This document shows positions 16,962 through 26,372 of a stretch of 64,000 nucleotides of DNA, one piece after another. Position numbers and translations under genes: made by a program. Below the pieces are notes generated by a model. It worked only from the letters and a program-made list of their open reading frames with translations, searched no databases and was not told where the DNA came from. The stretch comes from Elusimicrobia bacterium GWA2_66_18 (GTDB lineage: Bacteria; Elusimicrobiota; Elusimicrobia; UBA1565; UBA9628): the NCBI GenBank assembly GCA_001799675.1, contig MGTX01000004.1, positions 157,591 through 221,590 on the forward strand, given 5' to 3'. Every line of letters begins with the position of its first letter. Position 1 is the stretch's first letter.

Positions 16962-18782
16962 GAGTCTGCGCGCGTCGGCGAGATTCTCCGGGTACTCGGC
17001 GGGATCGGCCGGCTCCTTGACGGCCTCGACCGATCTCAAGATATTGACGGCGTCGGCCTGCCGGCCGAAGTGGAGATACGCCTCGGCCAGAGGTTGATAG
17101 GCGGCCGTGCGGTTGGGCGAGAGGCGCACCGCCGTCTCGAACTCGGCCAGGGCCTTCTTCTTGTCTCCGCCCGCAAACCTCGGAATCTGCCAGAGCATCT
17201 CTCCCAAAATATGGTGCGCGCCCCCATGGTTCGGGTCGAGGCGCAGGGTCTCGAACATCTCGCGGCGGATGGGTTTGACCAGGAACATCGCCTTCAAAAG
17301 CCCCTTCGTCTCGCCCCAGCGCCCCATCGACACGCCGTGCCAGAAGTGGGCCTCGGCGATTGAAGCGGAAAGATCGATGGACTTGCCGCAGTCCTCCCGA
17401 GCCGAGTCATAATCCGCGAGCTTCTCGGCCTTCTGCTCCCGCTTCTCCGCGCGACGGACCTTCGCCCGGCACAAGCGCCACAAGGAATCGGCGGTCGCGG
17501 GGATCGCCTTCAAGGCGGCGATGTTGTCGTCTAGATTCGCGTCTTTGTCCCGCTGGCGATACTGAGCGTCGAGCTTCCCGTAGGAAGGGCTCTGCGCCGC
17601 TCTCGCCCCGACGGCGAGCAGCGCCGCGGCCAGGCCGGCCGCCGCGAGGCTCGCGGCCTTCGCGGCCCACTGCGCGGCCTTCTTCATCGCGTCGGCCTCC
17701 GTGCGCGCCCCCGCCTCGCGGAAGGTGACGATGCGCGCGAGGCCCTCGCGCTTGAGAGGCGCCCGCGCCGAGGGCTCCAGGCCTCCCGTAACCGCGGCGC
17801 AAGGCACGCGGGCCGCTCTCGCCATGCGCGCGAAGGCGAGAGGGGCCTTGCCGTAGAGGCTGGTGAGGTCCAGGCGCCCCTCTCCGGTCAAAGCCAGGTC
17901 CGAGCGCGCGAGGGCCTCCTTGGCGCCGAGCTTCTCGAGCACCCAGTCCGCGCCGGGGACGAGCTCGGCCCGGCAGAAGGCGAGGAGGCCGGCGCCCAGG
18001 CCCCCGGCGGCTCCCGTCCCGGGAACGTCCTCCACGCGCGCGTCCAAGTCGCGCTCCACGACCCAGGCCCAGTTGCGCAGGGCCTCCTCGAGGACGCGGA
18101 CCTGGGCGCGCGTGGCCCCCTTCTGGGGGCCGAAGACGCGCGCGGAGCCCCGCGGACCGCAGAGGGGGTTGGTCACGTCGCAGAGGGCGAGGATGCGCAC
18201 GCCGTGCAGGAGTTCGCGGACCCGGGAGGCGTCCACGCGCGCCAGCAGCCTCAGAGCCGCGGCCCCTTCGGGGACCTCCCGTTCCTTCGCGTCCAGCAAG
18301 CGCGCGCCGAGCGCGCGGGCCATGCCCGCGCCGGCGTCGCTCGCGGCGCTGCCGCCCATGCCGACGGCCACGCTGCGCGCGCCGAGCCGCACCGCCTCCC
18401 GAATGAGATCGCCGGTCCCGCGGGAGGAGGCGCGCAGGACGTCCCGGCGCGAGGGCGGGACCAGGGCCAAGCCCGAGGCCCGCGCCATCTCCACGACGGC
18501 CAGGCCGTCCGGGAGCATCAGCAAGGAGGCGCGGCGCCGCTCGCCCCGCGGCCCGCGCACGGCCGCGACGGCGAGACTGCCTCCCAGCCGGCGGCGCAGG
18601 GCGTCGATGAGGCCGTCGCCGCCGTCGGCGATGGGGAGTTCCTCGCAGACCGCGCCGGGCAGGGCCTCGCGCACGCCGCGGGCCATGGCCCGCGCGGCCG
18701 CGGGACCCGACAGCGTCCCCTTGAAAGCGTTCGGCGCGATCAGGACGCGCAGGCCTCCGCCGCGCCGTCGGCGCGTCGCCAC
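16935..18782 (-). CDS. Glycerate kinase domain fused in frame to a TM segment and a TatT-like TPR domain
   Basis: GTG start 8 nt after the gdh stop. Kinase signatures are LIAPNAFKGTLS, IADGGDG, GMGGSAASDAGAGM, DVTNPLCG and LTGEGRLD. With no intervening stop the frame continues into MKKAAQWAAKAASLAAAGLAAALLAVGARA (ATG at 17687) plus a 220-aa TPR-like domain. Confidence 0.7.
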   Translation of the reverse strand: MATRRRRGGGLRVLIAPNAFKGTLSGPAAARAMARGVREALPGAVCEELPIADGGDGLIDALRRRLGGSLAVAAVRGPRGERRRASLLMLPDGLAVVEMARASGLALVPPSRRDVLRASSRGTGDLIREAVRLGARSVAVGMGGSAASDAGAGMARALGARLLDAKEREVPEGAAALRLLARVDASRVRELLHGVRILALCDVTNPLCGPRGSARVFGPQKGATRAQVRVLEEALRNWAWVVERDLDARVEDVPGTGAAGGLGAGLLAFCRAELVPGADWVLEKLGAKEALARSDLALTGEGRLDLTSLYGKAPLAFARMARAARVPCAAVTGGLEPSARAPLKREGLARIVTFREAGARTEADAMKKAAQWAAKAASLAAAGLAAALLAVGARAAQSPSYGKLDAQYRQRDKDANLDDNIAALKAIPATADSLWRLCRAKVRRAEKREQKAEKLADYDSAREDCGKSIDLSASIAEAHFWHGVSMGRWGETKGLLKAMFLVKPIRREMFETLRLDPNHGGAHHILGEMLWQIPRFAGGDKKKALAEFETAVRLSPNRTAAYQPLAEAYLHFGRQADAVNILRSVEAVKEPADPAEYPENLADARRLLARLEGRR

Positions 18783-18790
18783 TGGAGCGT

Positions 18791-20098
18791 CTAGGGGTAC
18801 ATGCCGCGGATGGACGCGGCCTTGCCGAGGCGCCGGATGCCCACCATGAACGCGGCCAGGCGCATGTCCACCTTCTCCTTTTTGGCGAGGTCGAAGACCT
18901 CGGTGAAGGCGCCGATGATGATCTCCTGCAGGCGGGCGTTGATCTCCTTCTCGCTCCAAAAGTAAGACTGCATGTCCTGAACCCACTCGAAGTAGGAGAC
19001 GGTCACGCCGCCCGCGTTGGCCAGGATGTCCGGAACCACGATGATGCCGCGCTCGTTGAAGATCCGGTCGGCTTCGCCGGAGGTCGGGCCGTTGGCGCCC
19101 TCGATGACGTACTTGGCCTTGATCTTGGGGGCGTTGGCCTTGGTGAGCTGGTTCTCCATGGCGGCGGGAATCAGGATGTCGCAGGGCAGCTCCAGGAAGG
19201 CGTCCACGTCGACATGCTCAGCCTTGGCGTAGCCCGCGATGGTCTCGTTCTTCTCGCGGTAGTGGAAGATGTCGGAGATGTCCAGGCCCTTAGGGTCGTA
19301 GAGGCCTCCGCCGACGTCGGAGATGCCGATGACCTTGCAGCCGTGGTCGGAGAATATCTTCGCCGCGTTGGACCCCACGTTGCCGAAACCCTGGATGACG
19401 ACCGGGGCCTTGCGCAGGTCGAAGCCCTCGCGCGCCGCCAGCTCGCGGGTGACGTAGAAGACGCCGCGGCCGGTCGCTTCGCGGCGTCCTAAAGATCCGC
19501 CCACCTCGATGGGCTTGCCCGTGACGACGCCGGGGCAGGAGTAGCCCACGGTCATGGAGTAGGTGTCCATCATCCACGCCATGATCTGCTCGTTGGTGTT
19601 CACGTCGGGCGCGGGGATGTCCTTCTCCGGCCCGATGATGAGGGAGATCTCCGCGGTATAGCGGCGCGTCATGCGCTCGATCTCGCCCTTGGACATTTTC
19701 TTGGGGTCGCAGATGATGCCGCCCTTGGCGCCGCCGTAAGGGAGGTTGACGACCGCGCACTTCATGGTCATCCAGAATGAGAGGGCCTTCACCTCGTCGA
19801 GGCAGACCAGCGGGTGGTAGCGGATGCCGCCCTTGGCCGGGCCGCGGTCCATGTTGTGCTGGATGCGGTAGCCCTCGAAGACCTTGACCTGGCCGTCGTC
19901 CATCTTGACGGGCACCGAGACGGTCAGGATGCGCTTGCAGTGGCGCAGGCGCTCCAAGACGAACGGCTCCAGTTTCATCTTCAGGGCCGCGCGGTCGAGC
20001 TGCAGCATCGCCTGGTGCCATGCGTTGTCCTCATGAGATTCGGCGCGTTCGAGGGGTTTGACGACGGAGGCGGATTTGACGGTGGTCTTGGTCTCCAT
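18791..20098 (-). CDS. gdhA: Glutamate dehydrogenase (Glu/Leu/Phe/Val dehydrogenase family)
   Basis: GGIRYHP, LPYGGAKGGI and the NAD(P) fold VIQGFGNVGS are present. Confidence 0.9.
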   Translation of the reverse strand: METKTTVKSASVVKPLERAESHEDNAWHQAMLQLDRAALKMKLEPFVLERLRHCKRILTVSVPVKMDDGQVKVFEGYRIQHNMDRGPAKGGIRYHPLVCLDEVKALSFWMTMKCAVVNLPYGGAKGGIICDPKKMSKGEIERMTRRYTAEISLIIGPEKDIPAPDVNTNEQIMAWMMDTYSMTVGYSCPGVVTGKPIEVGGSLGRREATGRGVFYVTRELAAREGFDLRKAPVVIQGFGNVGSNAAKIFSDHGCKVIGISDVGGGLYDPKGLDISDIFHYREKNETIAGYAKAEHVDVDAFLELPCDILIPAAMENQLTKANAPKIKAKYVIEGANGPTSGEADRIFNERGIIVVPDILANAGGVTVSYFEWVQDMQSYFWSEKEINARLQEIIIGAFTEVFDLAKKEKVDMRLAAFMVGIRRLGKAASIRGMYP

Positions 20099-20160
20099 GA
20101 GGCGATTCTACAATATCCGCGCTGATTTCAAGCGTCTCGGCGAATTGATAGAATCGGCGC

Positions 20161-20610
20161 GTGGATTGGAAGAATCGCTGGACGTTTTGGGGGCTGGTGG
20201 CCGTCGTCTTGACGCTCATCAGCATCCCCTCCGCGGAGTTGATCTCTGCCTTCCGCGATTATTCGAGCCTCGCGATCGGCTGGCAACCGGCCCCCCTCAA
20301 GCCCACCACCGTGAGCTTCGTTCCTCATGACGACCGGATGCCCGACGCCCCCGCCCTCAAGCCGGTCGAATTCCGCCTCAAGGCGGCCAAGGCCGAGTCC
20401 GTCGAACTGGTCGGAGACTTCAACGCCTGGAAACCGGGCCTGCTGAAGATGAAGCGGGCCGGCGGCGGGACCTGGACGGTGACCCTGCCCGTGCGCCCGG
20501 GACGGCACAAGTACCTCTTCCTGGTGGACGGAAACCCGCAGGTGGACCCCGGCGTCGAGACCGCGGAGGGCCCGGATGGCCGGCGCGTCTCCCTGAGGCT
20601 CGTCAAGTGA
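20161..20610 (+). CDS. Membrane-anchored CBM48/AMPK-beta glycogen-binding-like domain protein
   Basis: N-terminal TM helix. VELVGDFNAWKPG...MKRAGGGTWTVTLPVRPGRHKYLFLVDG is typical of E-set/CBM48 domains. Confidence 0.65.
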   Translation: MDWKNRWTFWGLVAVVLTLISIPSAELISAFRDYSSLAIGWQPAPLKPTTVSFVPHDDRMPDAPALKPVEFRLKAAKAESVELVGDFNAWKPGLLKMKRAGGGTWTVTLPVRPGRHKYLFLVDGNPQVDPGVETAEGPDGRRVSLRLVK

Positions 20611-20653
20611 TCCTCAAGCCGGACGCGCCCCAGCGCGTGCCCGCCTGCCGCCT

Positions 20654-20671
20654 AGAGCCCTGACGGGCTCT
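20654..20671. terminator. Hairpin between convergent genes (possible bidirectional terminator)
   Basis: AGAGCCC-tgac-GGGCTCT lies between the CBM48-like gene (+) and the rluD-like gene (-). Coordinates are accurate to about 1 nt. No strong U-tract. Confidence 0.35.
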
Positions 20672-20685
20672 CATTTCCCTAGGTT

Positions 20686-21600
20686 TCAGGGCAGGGACTT
20701 CCAGAAACGCTTGAAATCGGCGGGAGGCTCGGCGACGAAGAGGGCCCTGCCGCCGGCGGGATGCGCGAAACCCAGGCGCCAGGCATGGAGCATCATGCGC
20801 GCCGGGACCGCCTTGCCGGGCGCGGGCGGGTCGAACTCCGGATCGCCCATCACGGGGTGTCCGATATAGGCCAAGTGGGCGCGGATCTGGTGCGTGCGGC
20901 CGGTGAGGGGCTTGGCTTCGACGAGGGCCGCGGCCTTCTTCTTCGAGAGAACCTTGAAGGAGGTTTCGGCGTTCCTGCCCATCGGCGTGACGACGATGCG
21001 CCGGTTGCCCGCCACCCGGCCGATGGGGGCCTGCACGCGCGAGGCGCCGGGAGGCACGCCGCGCACCACCGCGCGGTACGTCTTCTCGACGAGCCTCTCC
21101 TTGAACGCGCGGACCAGGGCCTCGTAGGTTGCGGGGTCCTTGGCCACCACGAGGGCGCCGCTCGTCTGCCGGTCGAGACGGTGCACGATGCCGCAGCGGG
21201 GCGTGCCGGCTTTAAGGATGACGGGACGGAATAACTGGAGAAGAGCCGCGAGGGTGGCCCCCGGCTGGATGCGCGCGGCCTCCGGGTTCGTCAGCCACGA
21301 TGTCCCGAGAGGGTGCATGAGCAGGCCCGCGGGCTTCTGGAGGACGAGCAGGCGCTTGTCCTCGAAGAGGACCCAGGATTCGAAGTCCTGCGTCGCGTCG
21401 ATCTCGGACTGGGGCAGATCCACGACGACGCGTTCGCCCTCTCTGACGCGCTCGTCCGGGTCGCGCGGCTCGCCGTTGACGGTCACGAGCCCGCGACCGA
21501 TGATCTTTTGAAGGAAAGAACGGGTGTAGCCTTCCAGGGACTCGGCCAGGAACGCGTCCAGCCGCTGCCCGCCCGACTCCACCGGCAGGGTCTTCTTCAC
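20686..21600 (-). CDS. rluD: RluA/RluD-family 23S rRNA pseudouridine synthase
   Basis: GTG start is preceded by AAGGAG. S4-like N-terminus, and the motifs LLVLQKPAGL, HRLDRQTSG (catalytic Asp) and GRTHQIRAHL. The rest of track ORF 20686..22701 is over-extension through the lgt genes. Confidence 0.85.
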   Translation of the reverse strand: MKKTLPVESGGQRLDAFLAESLEGYTRSFLQKIIGRGLVTVNGEPRDPDERVREGERVVVDLPQSEIDATQDFESWVLFEDKRLLVLQKPAGLLMHPLGTSWLTNPEAARIQPGATLAALLQLFRPVILKAGTPRCGIVHRLDRQTSGALVVAKDPATYEALVRAFKERLVEKTYRAVVRGVPPGASRVQAPIGRVAGNRRIVVTPMGRNAETSFKVLSKKKAAALVEAKPLTGRTHQIRAHLAYIGHPVMGDPEFDPPAPGKAVPARMMLHAWRLGFAHPAGGRALFVAEPPADFKRFWKSLP

Positions 21601-22325
21601 GCTTGTCTCCTTAGACTCAGGACGCCCGCCGCGGCCAGCAGACACAGGGAGGCCAGTTGGGAAGGCGCCAAGCCCAGCCAGGCGGGCCCCCGGTCGTCGC
21701 CGCGGAGAAACTCGACGCCGAATCGCGCAGCCGCGTAGAGCGCGACATAGAGAAGAAACGCCGCGCCCCGCCGCCAGCGCCCGTCCTGGACGCGCGGCAG
21801 GCCGACGCGAAGCACGACCGCCGCGATGGCGGCGTTGGCGAGGGACTCGTAGATCTGGGTCGGGTGGCGCGAGGGGTCGCCGGCCAGGGCCACGCCCCAG
21901 GGCAGGTCCGTGTGACGGCCGTAGCAGCAGCCCGCGGCCAGGCAGCCCAGGCGCCCGATCGCGTGGCCCAGAGGCAAGGCGACGCCGAAGTAGTCGGCGA
22001 GCTTCGCGTAGGAGAAGGACCGCCGTCTCTGGAGGATCCCGCCGGCCAAGAGCGCGCCGATGAGCCCGCCGTAGAAGACGAAGCCGTAGCGCAGGTCGCT
22101 CCAGAGGCGGCCGGGATCGCGCTCGACCGCGGCGTAGGCGAGCTTGCCTCCGATAAGGGCCCCGGCGAAGAGCCAGTAGATGAGCTCCCAGAAGGCGTCC
22201 TCGCCCAGCCCCATCTCCGAGCGTCGGCGGCGCAGCCAGGAGATGCCGGCGAGATAAGCCGCGGCGACCAGGACGCCGTAGGCGGACAGAGAGACGGGAC
22301 CGAGCTTCAGGAGGACCGGCAGCAT
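21597..22325 (-). CDS. lgt: Prolipoprotein diacylglyceryl transferase, copy 2
   Basis: MLPVLLKLGPVSLSAYGVL..., GRLGCLAAGCCYG, LPWGV and RHPTQIYES. Polytopic membrane profile. Confidence 0.8.
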   Translation of the reverse strand: MLPVLLKLGPVSLSAYGVLVAAAYLAGISWLRRRRSEMGLGEDAFWELIYWLFAGALIGGKLAYAAVERDPGRLWSDLRYGFVFYGGLIGALLAGGILQRRRSFSYAKLADYFGVALPLGHAIGRLGCLAAGCCYGRHTDLPWGVALAGDPSRHPTQIYESLANAAIAAVVLRVGLPRVQDGRWRRGAAFLLYVALYAAARFGVEFLRGDDRGPAWLGLAPSQLASLCLLAAAGVLSLRRQA

Positions 22326-23080
22326 CCGGATCTCCACGCCAGGACAACGCCGGACGACGCGATGAGACCCAGCCCCAGCGCCTGAGCCGCGGTGAGACCG
22401 AAGGCCAGCGGCGCCGTGTCGCCTCGCAGGAACTCGACGCCGAAGCGCAGCGCTCCGTATAAAGCGAAGTAGAGCGCGCAGACGAGGCCGGGCTTGCCCC
22501 CGCGCTCGAAGAGGCGGTAGAGGACCGCGGCGATGAAGGCGTCGAGCGCGGCCTCGATGAGCTGGGTCGGGTGGAGCGGCACGCCCAGCCACATCCGCGG
22601 GACCATGGACCCGGGGTCGCGGAAGACGAGGCCCCAGGGCAGCTTCGTCGGACGGCCGTGGCAGCAGCCCGCCAGAAGGCAGCCCAGGCGTCCGAAAACA
22701 TGCCAGAACGGAGCCATGACGCAGATCGCGTCGAGAATACGCGCGAAGGGCGTCTTCGTCCAGCGGCAGAAGATCCACGCGCCGAGGGGCACGCCCACGA
22801 AGGCGCCGAAGACGGAGAATCCCCGCGAGGGCGAGACCAGGGTCCGCCAGAACTCGGGGGAAAAGGGGCGCGTGTACTCGGCGAGATAGAGCAGCCGCCC
22901 GCCCGCGAAGCCGCCGATGAGGACGGCGTTGACGAGGAGCCAGAAATCCTCGTCGCTCTTGAGGCCGACGTCCCTGGCCCGCCGCCGCAGGAACCAGAAC
23001 GACAGGATCCCGCCCAGCGCGATCATGAACCCGTAGCCGTGGACGCGCAGGGGGCCCCACGCGAAGAGGAGGGGCCTCAC
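22307..23080 (-). CDS. lgt: Prolipoprotein diacylglyceryl transferase, copy 1
   Basis: LRVHGYGFMIALGG, GRLGCLLAGCCHG, LPWGL and LHPTQLIEA. GTGA overlap with the ftsB stop. Confidence 0.8.
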   Translation of the reverse strand: MRPLLFAWGPLRVHGYGFMIALGGILSFWFLRRRARDVGLKSDEDFWLLVNAVLIGGFAGGRLLYLAEYTRPFSPEFWRTLVSPSRGFSVFGAFVGVPLGAWIFCRWTKTPFARILDAICVMAPFWHVFGRLGCLLAGCCHGRPTKLPWGLVFRDPGSMVPRMWLGVPLHPTQLIEAALDAFIAAVLYRLFERGGKPGLVCALYFALYGALRFGVEFLRGDTAPLAFGLTAAQALGLGLIASSGVVLAWRSGCCRSS

Positions 23081-23385
23081 TTCTTCTCGGGAGGCGGGAA
23101 GCGGTACTCGATCTCGCCCTTCTTGATGTAGCCCAGTTCCTTGCGCGCCAGGCGCTCGATGCCGCCGTCCCCCGCGCGCAGGCTCTTGAGCTTGGCGTCG
23201 AGTTCACCCTCCTCCGCCTCGAGCCCGACGAACTCGGCGCGCAGGCGCCGCAGTTCGATCCAGTTGCCGACCAGGCTGCGGAAGCCCGCGTTGCCGAAGA
23301 GGACCGCGAGCAGCCCCGCTGCGAGGAGTATCCGGGGCCAGCGCTCGCGCGCATACGCCGCGGCGCGCGCGGCCCCGCCGATCAT
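23077..23385 (-). CDS. ftsB: Septum formation initiator (FtsB/DivIC family)
   Basis: ATGA overlap with the eno stop. One TM helix, a coiled coil and the C-terminal motif IERLARKELGYIKKGEIEYRF. Confidence 0.75.
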   Translation of the reverse strand: MIGGAARAAAYARERWPRILLAAGLLAVLFGNAGFRSLVGNWIELRRLRAEFVGLEAEEGELDAKLKSLRAGDGGIERLARKELGYIKKGEIEYRFPPPEKK

Positions 23386-24677
23386 CGCGCCGTCAAGGCG
23401 ACCCGGAAAGCCGCAGCGCCCGCGTACTCGGCCTTGGCGCCGAGCGCCGTCTCGATCTGGAGGAGGCGGTTGTACTTGGCCAGGCGCTCGGAGCGGCATG
23501 GCGCCCCCGTCTTGATGGCCCCCGCGTTGAGGGCGACGGCTAGGTCCGCGATGAAGGCGTCCTCGGTCTCGCCCGAGCGGTGGGAGATGACGGCCGAGAA
23601 GCCCGACTTCTGGGCCAGGAGAACGGCCTCCACGGTTTCGGTGAGGGTGCCGATCTGGTTGAGTTTGATGAGGACGGCGTTGGCGGACTTCTCCTTGATG
23701 CCCCTGGCCAGGCGCCGCGGATTGGTCACGAAGAGGTCGTCGCCGATGATCCGCACCCGGTCGCCGAGTTTCGCCGTGAGGGCCTTCCAGCCGGCCCAAT
23801 CGTCCTCGGCCAAGGGATCTTCGATGGAGACGACGACGTGCTTGGCGACCCAGGCCGCATAGACCTCGCCGACCTCGGCGCAGGATAGGGGCTGGCCCTC
23901 GAGGACGTACTTGCCGCCCTGGAAGTACTCGCTGGCCGCGCAATCGAGCGCCAGACGCACCTTGCCCGCGTAGCCGGCGTCGGCGATGGCCTGAGCCAGG
24001 ACGTCTAGGACCTCGGAGTGGGTCTTCAGCTTCGGAGCGAAGCCGCCCTCGTCGCCGACGGCGACCGTCATCTTCATCGCGATGAGCGTCTGCTTCAAGA
24101 CCTGATAGACCTCGGCGCCGGCGCGCACGGCCTCCTTGAAAGAGGGCGTCTCGGTCGGGACGACCATGAACTCCTGGACGTCGAGGCCGGAGTCGGCGTG
24201 CCGACCGCCGTTGACCACGTTGAACATCGGAGTCGGCAGGAGCCAACGGGACTCGGGCAGACCGTAGGCCTTGCGCAGGTAGGCGTACAGAGGCAGCTTG
24301 GCCGACGAGGCCTGCGCCCGCGCCGCCGCCATGGAGACCGCCAGGATCGCGTTGGCGCCGAGGCGGCCCTTGTTCGGCGTGTCGTCGAGGTCGAGCATCT
24401 TCTTGTCGAGTTTCGCGGGAGCCGCGGCGTCCATCCCCTTGACGGCCTTGGCGATCTCGTCCTGAACGTTCGCCACGGCCTTCAGCACGCCCTTGCCGAG
24501 GTGGCGCGCCCAGTCGCCGTCGCGCAGTTCCACGGCCTCGTGCTCGCCGGTCGAAGCGCCGCTGGGCACGGCGGCCCAGCCGACGCAGCCGTCGGCGAGC
24601 GCGACCTCCGCGGCGACGGTCGGGATTCCGCGGGAATCGAGGATCTCTTGGGCGCGAACGGACCGGATCTTGGACAT
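23382..24677 (-). CDS. eno: Enolase
   Basis: Start at Met42 (MSKIRSVRAQEILDSRGIPTV). Also SGASTGEHEAVELRD, DDWAGW, LIKLNQIGTLTET and SHRSGETED. Confidence 0.95.
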   Translation of the reverse strand: MSKIRSVRAQEILDSRGIPTVAAEVALADGCVGWAAVPSGASTGEHEAVELRDGDWARHLGKGVLKAVANVQDEIAKAVKGMDAAAPAKLDKKMLDLDDTPNKGRLGANAILAVSMAAARAQASSAKLPLYAYLRKAYGLPESRWLLPTPMFNVVNGGRHADSGLDVQEFMVVPTETPSFKEAVRAGAEVYQVLKQTLIAMKMTVAVGDEGGFAPKLKTHSEVLDVLAQAIADAGYAGKVRLALDCAASEYFQGGKYVLEGQPLSCAEVGEVYAAWVAKHVVVSIEDPLAEDDWAGWKALTAKLGDRVRIIGDDLFVTNPRRLARGIKEKSANAVLIKLNQIGTLTETVEAVLLAQKSGFSAVISHRSGETEDAFIADLAVALNAGAIKTGAPCRSERLAKYNRLLQIETALGAKAEYAGAAAFRVALTAR

Positions 24678-26158
24678 CAGAATTTCCCCTGAAGGAGTTT
24701 TTTTCCGGCGTCGACCATCTCCCGCAGGCGCTGGGCGGTGTGCGCCTCCGCGTAGACGCGAAAGACCGGCTCGGTGCCGGAACCGCGCAGGCCCAGCCAC
24801 GAGCCGTCGCGCAGGATGAACTTGAAGCCGTCGGTCTGGTCGATGCGCCAGACCGAGGCGCCGGCCAGCTCGAGCGGCGGCTTGGCCTTCAATCGTTCCT
24901 CGAGCTCGATAATCTGGCGCAGGCGGTCCATCGTGTAGTTGAGGCGCGCGTTATGGAAGGCGCCGACCTTCTTATGGAGCCTCTCGCGCACCGCGACGAG
25001 AGGCTTGCGCCCGAGGGCCGCCAGTTCGAGCATGAGCACGCAGGCCAGCACGCCGTCCTTCTCCGGGACGTGGCCGCGGATGGACAGGCCTCCGGACTCT
25101 TCGCCCGCAAGGAGGAAGGCCCCGGAGCGCAGGAGCTCCCCCAGGTATTTGAAGCCGACGGGCGTCTCGCGGGTCTCGCTGCCGTGGGCCTTGGCGACGG
25201 CGTCCACGAAGTGGGAGGTCATGACCGAGCGGGCGGCCTTGCCCTTCAGCCCGCGGTGCTCGGCGAGATGCTCGTAGGCCAGAGCGATCACGTCGTTGGC
25301 CGAGATCCAGACCCCGCCCGCGTCCAGGACGCCGAAGCGGTCGCCGTCGCCGTCGCAGGACAGCCCCAGCGACAGCTTTCGCTTCTTGACGATCTCGGCC
25401 ATGGCCGCGAGCGACTCGGGCGTGGGCTCGGGGGAGCGTCCGCCGAAGAGGACGTCTCGGTCCTCGTTGATCGACGCGACCTCCACGCCCAGGCGCTCCT
25501 CCAGGAAGGAGCGCAGGTAGAGGCGCGCCGAGCCGTGCATGACGTCCACGCCGACGCGGAGCTTGGCCTTGCGGATCGACTTGACGTCGAGCAGGCTCTC
25601 GAGTTGGTCGAAGTAGGACTTGCGAAAATCCAGGGTCTCGCTCCAGGACTCCTTGAGCGAGCGCTCGTCGGACATGGTCTTGACCGAATGGTCTCCCAGA
25701 AGCTCGATGCGGCGCTCCAGGTCGTCGGTGACGGCCGGTGAAGCCGCGCCGCCCCAATAGGGCATCCACTTCAAGCCGTTGTATTGCCCGGGGTTGTGGG
25801 AGGCGGTGATCATGACCCCGCCGACGGCCTTGTTGGCCAGGACCGCCCAGGCCGCGGCCGGCGTCGGCAGGTCGGTCTTGGAGAAGAGGGTGCGGATGCC
25901 GTCGCTGGCGAAGACCGCCGCGACCTCGTGGGCGAACTCCTCGGAGAGGAAGCGCGTGTCGTAGCCGACCACCACGGTCGGCACGCGGCTGGGGGCCGCG
26001 CCCGCGAGGAACTGCCGGTACTCGTCGCTGTTGTAGCCCACCTCGGGGCTCTCCTTCACGCTGGCCGAGACGGCGTGCGCGACCTTGCGCACGTTCGAGA
26101 AGGTGAACTCGTCGGAAACGACGCCCCGCCAGCCGGAAGTCCCGAATCGAATCGTCAT
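24677..26158 (-). CDS. alpha-D-phosphohexomutase (phosphoglucomutase/phosphomannomutase family)
   Basis: FGTSGWRG, TASHNPGQYNG (active-site Ser), DGDGDR (Mg site) and GEESGG (sugar loop). Confidence 0.9.
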   Translation of the reverse strand: MTIRFGTSGWRGVVSDEFTFSNVRKVAHAVSASVKESPEVGYNSDEYRQFLAGAAPSRVPTVVVGYDTRFLSEEFAHEVAAVFASDGIRTLFSKTDLPTPAAAWAVLANKAVGGVMITASHNPGQYNGLKWMPYWGGAASPAVTDDLERRIELLGDHSVKTMSDERSLKESWSETLDFRKSYFDQLESLLDVKSIRKAKLRVGVDVMHGSARLYLRSFLEERLGVEVASINEDRDVLFGGRSPEPTPESLAAMAEIVKKRKLSLGLSCDGDGDRFGVLDAGGVWISANDVIALAYEHLAEHRGLKGKAARSVMTSHFVDAVAKAHGSETRETPVGFKYLGELLRSGAFLLAGEESGGLSIRGHVPEKDGVLACVLMLELAALGRKPLVAVRERLHKKVGAFHNARLNYTMDRLRQIIELEERLKAKPPLELAGASVWRIDQTDGFKFILRDGSWLGLRGSGTEPVFRVYAEAHTAQRLREMVDAGKKLLQGKF

Positions 26159-26372
26159 GGTTGCCTCCTAACGGCAATCGATGCAACCATTTCCTCGCTC
26201 TGCTCGGTCATGGTGCGGCATATTAGGAAAAGCCCCCTCCTGTGGTCAACCGATGATTCGGCCGGGGGCCACTGGGCCTTTAGGCCTAGGAGGACCTAGG
26301 ACCTAGAGCCCATGGCGTAATAGTGGCCCGGGAGCTATGCTCCATTGAGGCAGCACGCCAAGGAGCAATGCC

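Noticed and set aside
21601-22701. N-terminal over-extensions of track ORFs (20686..22701, 21597..23354, 23077..24246, 30606..33263, 31847..34300, 40550..42724, 41503..52755, 52131..53654, 37557..40925, 10975..12141, 11319..12995)
   Set aside because: The extended parts overlap the real upstream gene in another frame and are Arg/Pro-rich. Shorter starts give signal peptides or conserved N-termini and canonical 1-4 nt start/stop overlaps.
24972-26186. 404-aa minus-strand ORF overlapping the phosphohexomutase gene in another frame
   Set aside because: The frame at 24677..26158 carries all four phosphohexomutase signature loops. This one is Arg/Gly/Pro-rich with no motif.
26159-26372. Possible small RNA or riboswitch in the 214-nt gap containing the AGGCCTAGGAGGACCTAGGACCTAG palindromic run
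   Set aside because: I found no recognisable conserved RNA fold or terminator. It is more simply the divergent promoter region between the phosphohexomutase gene and the exported-protein gene.
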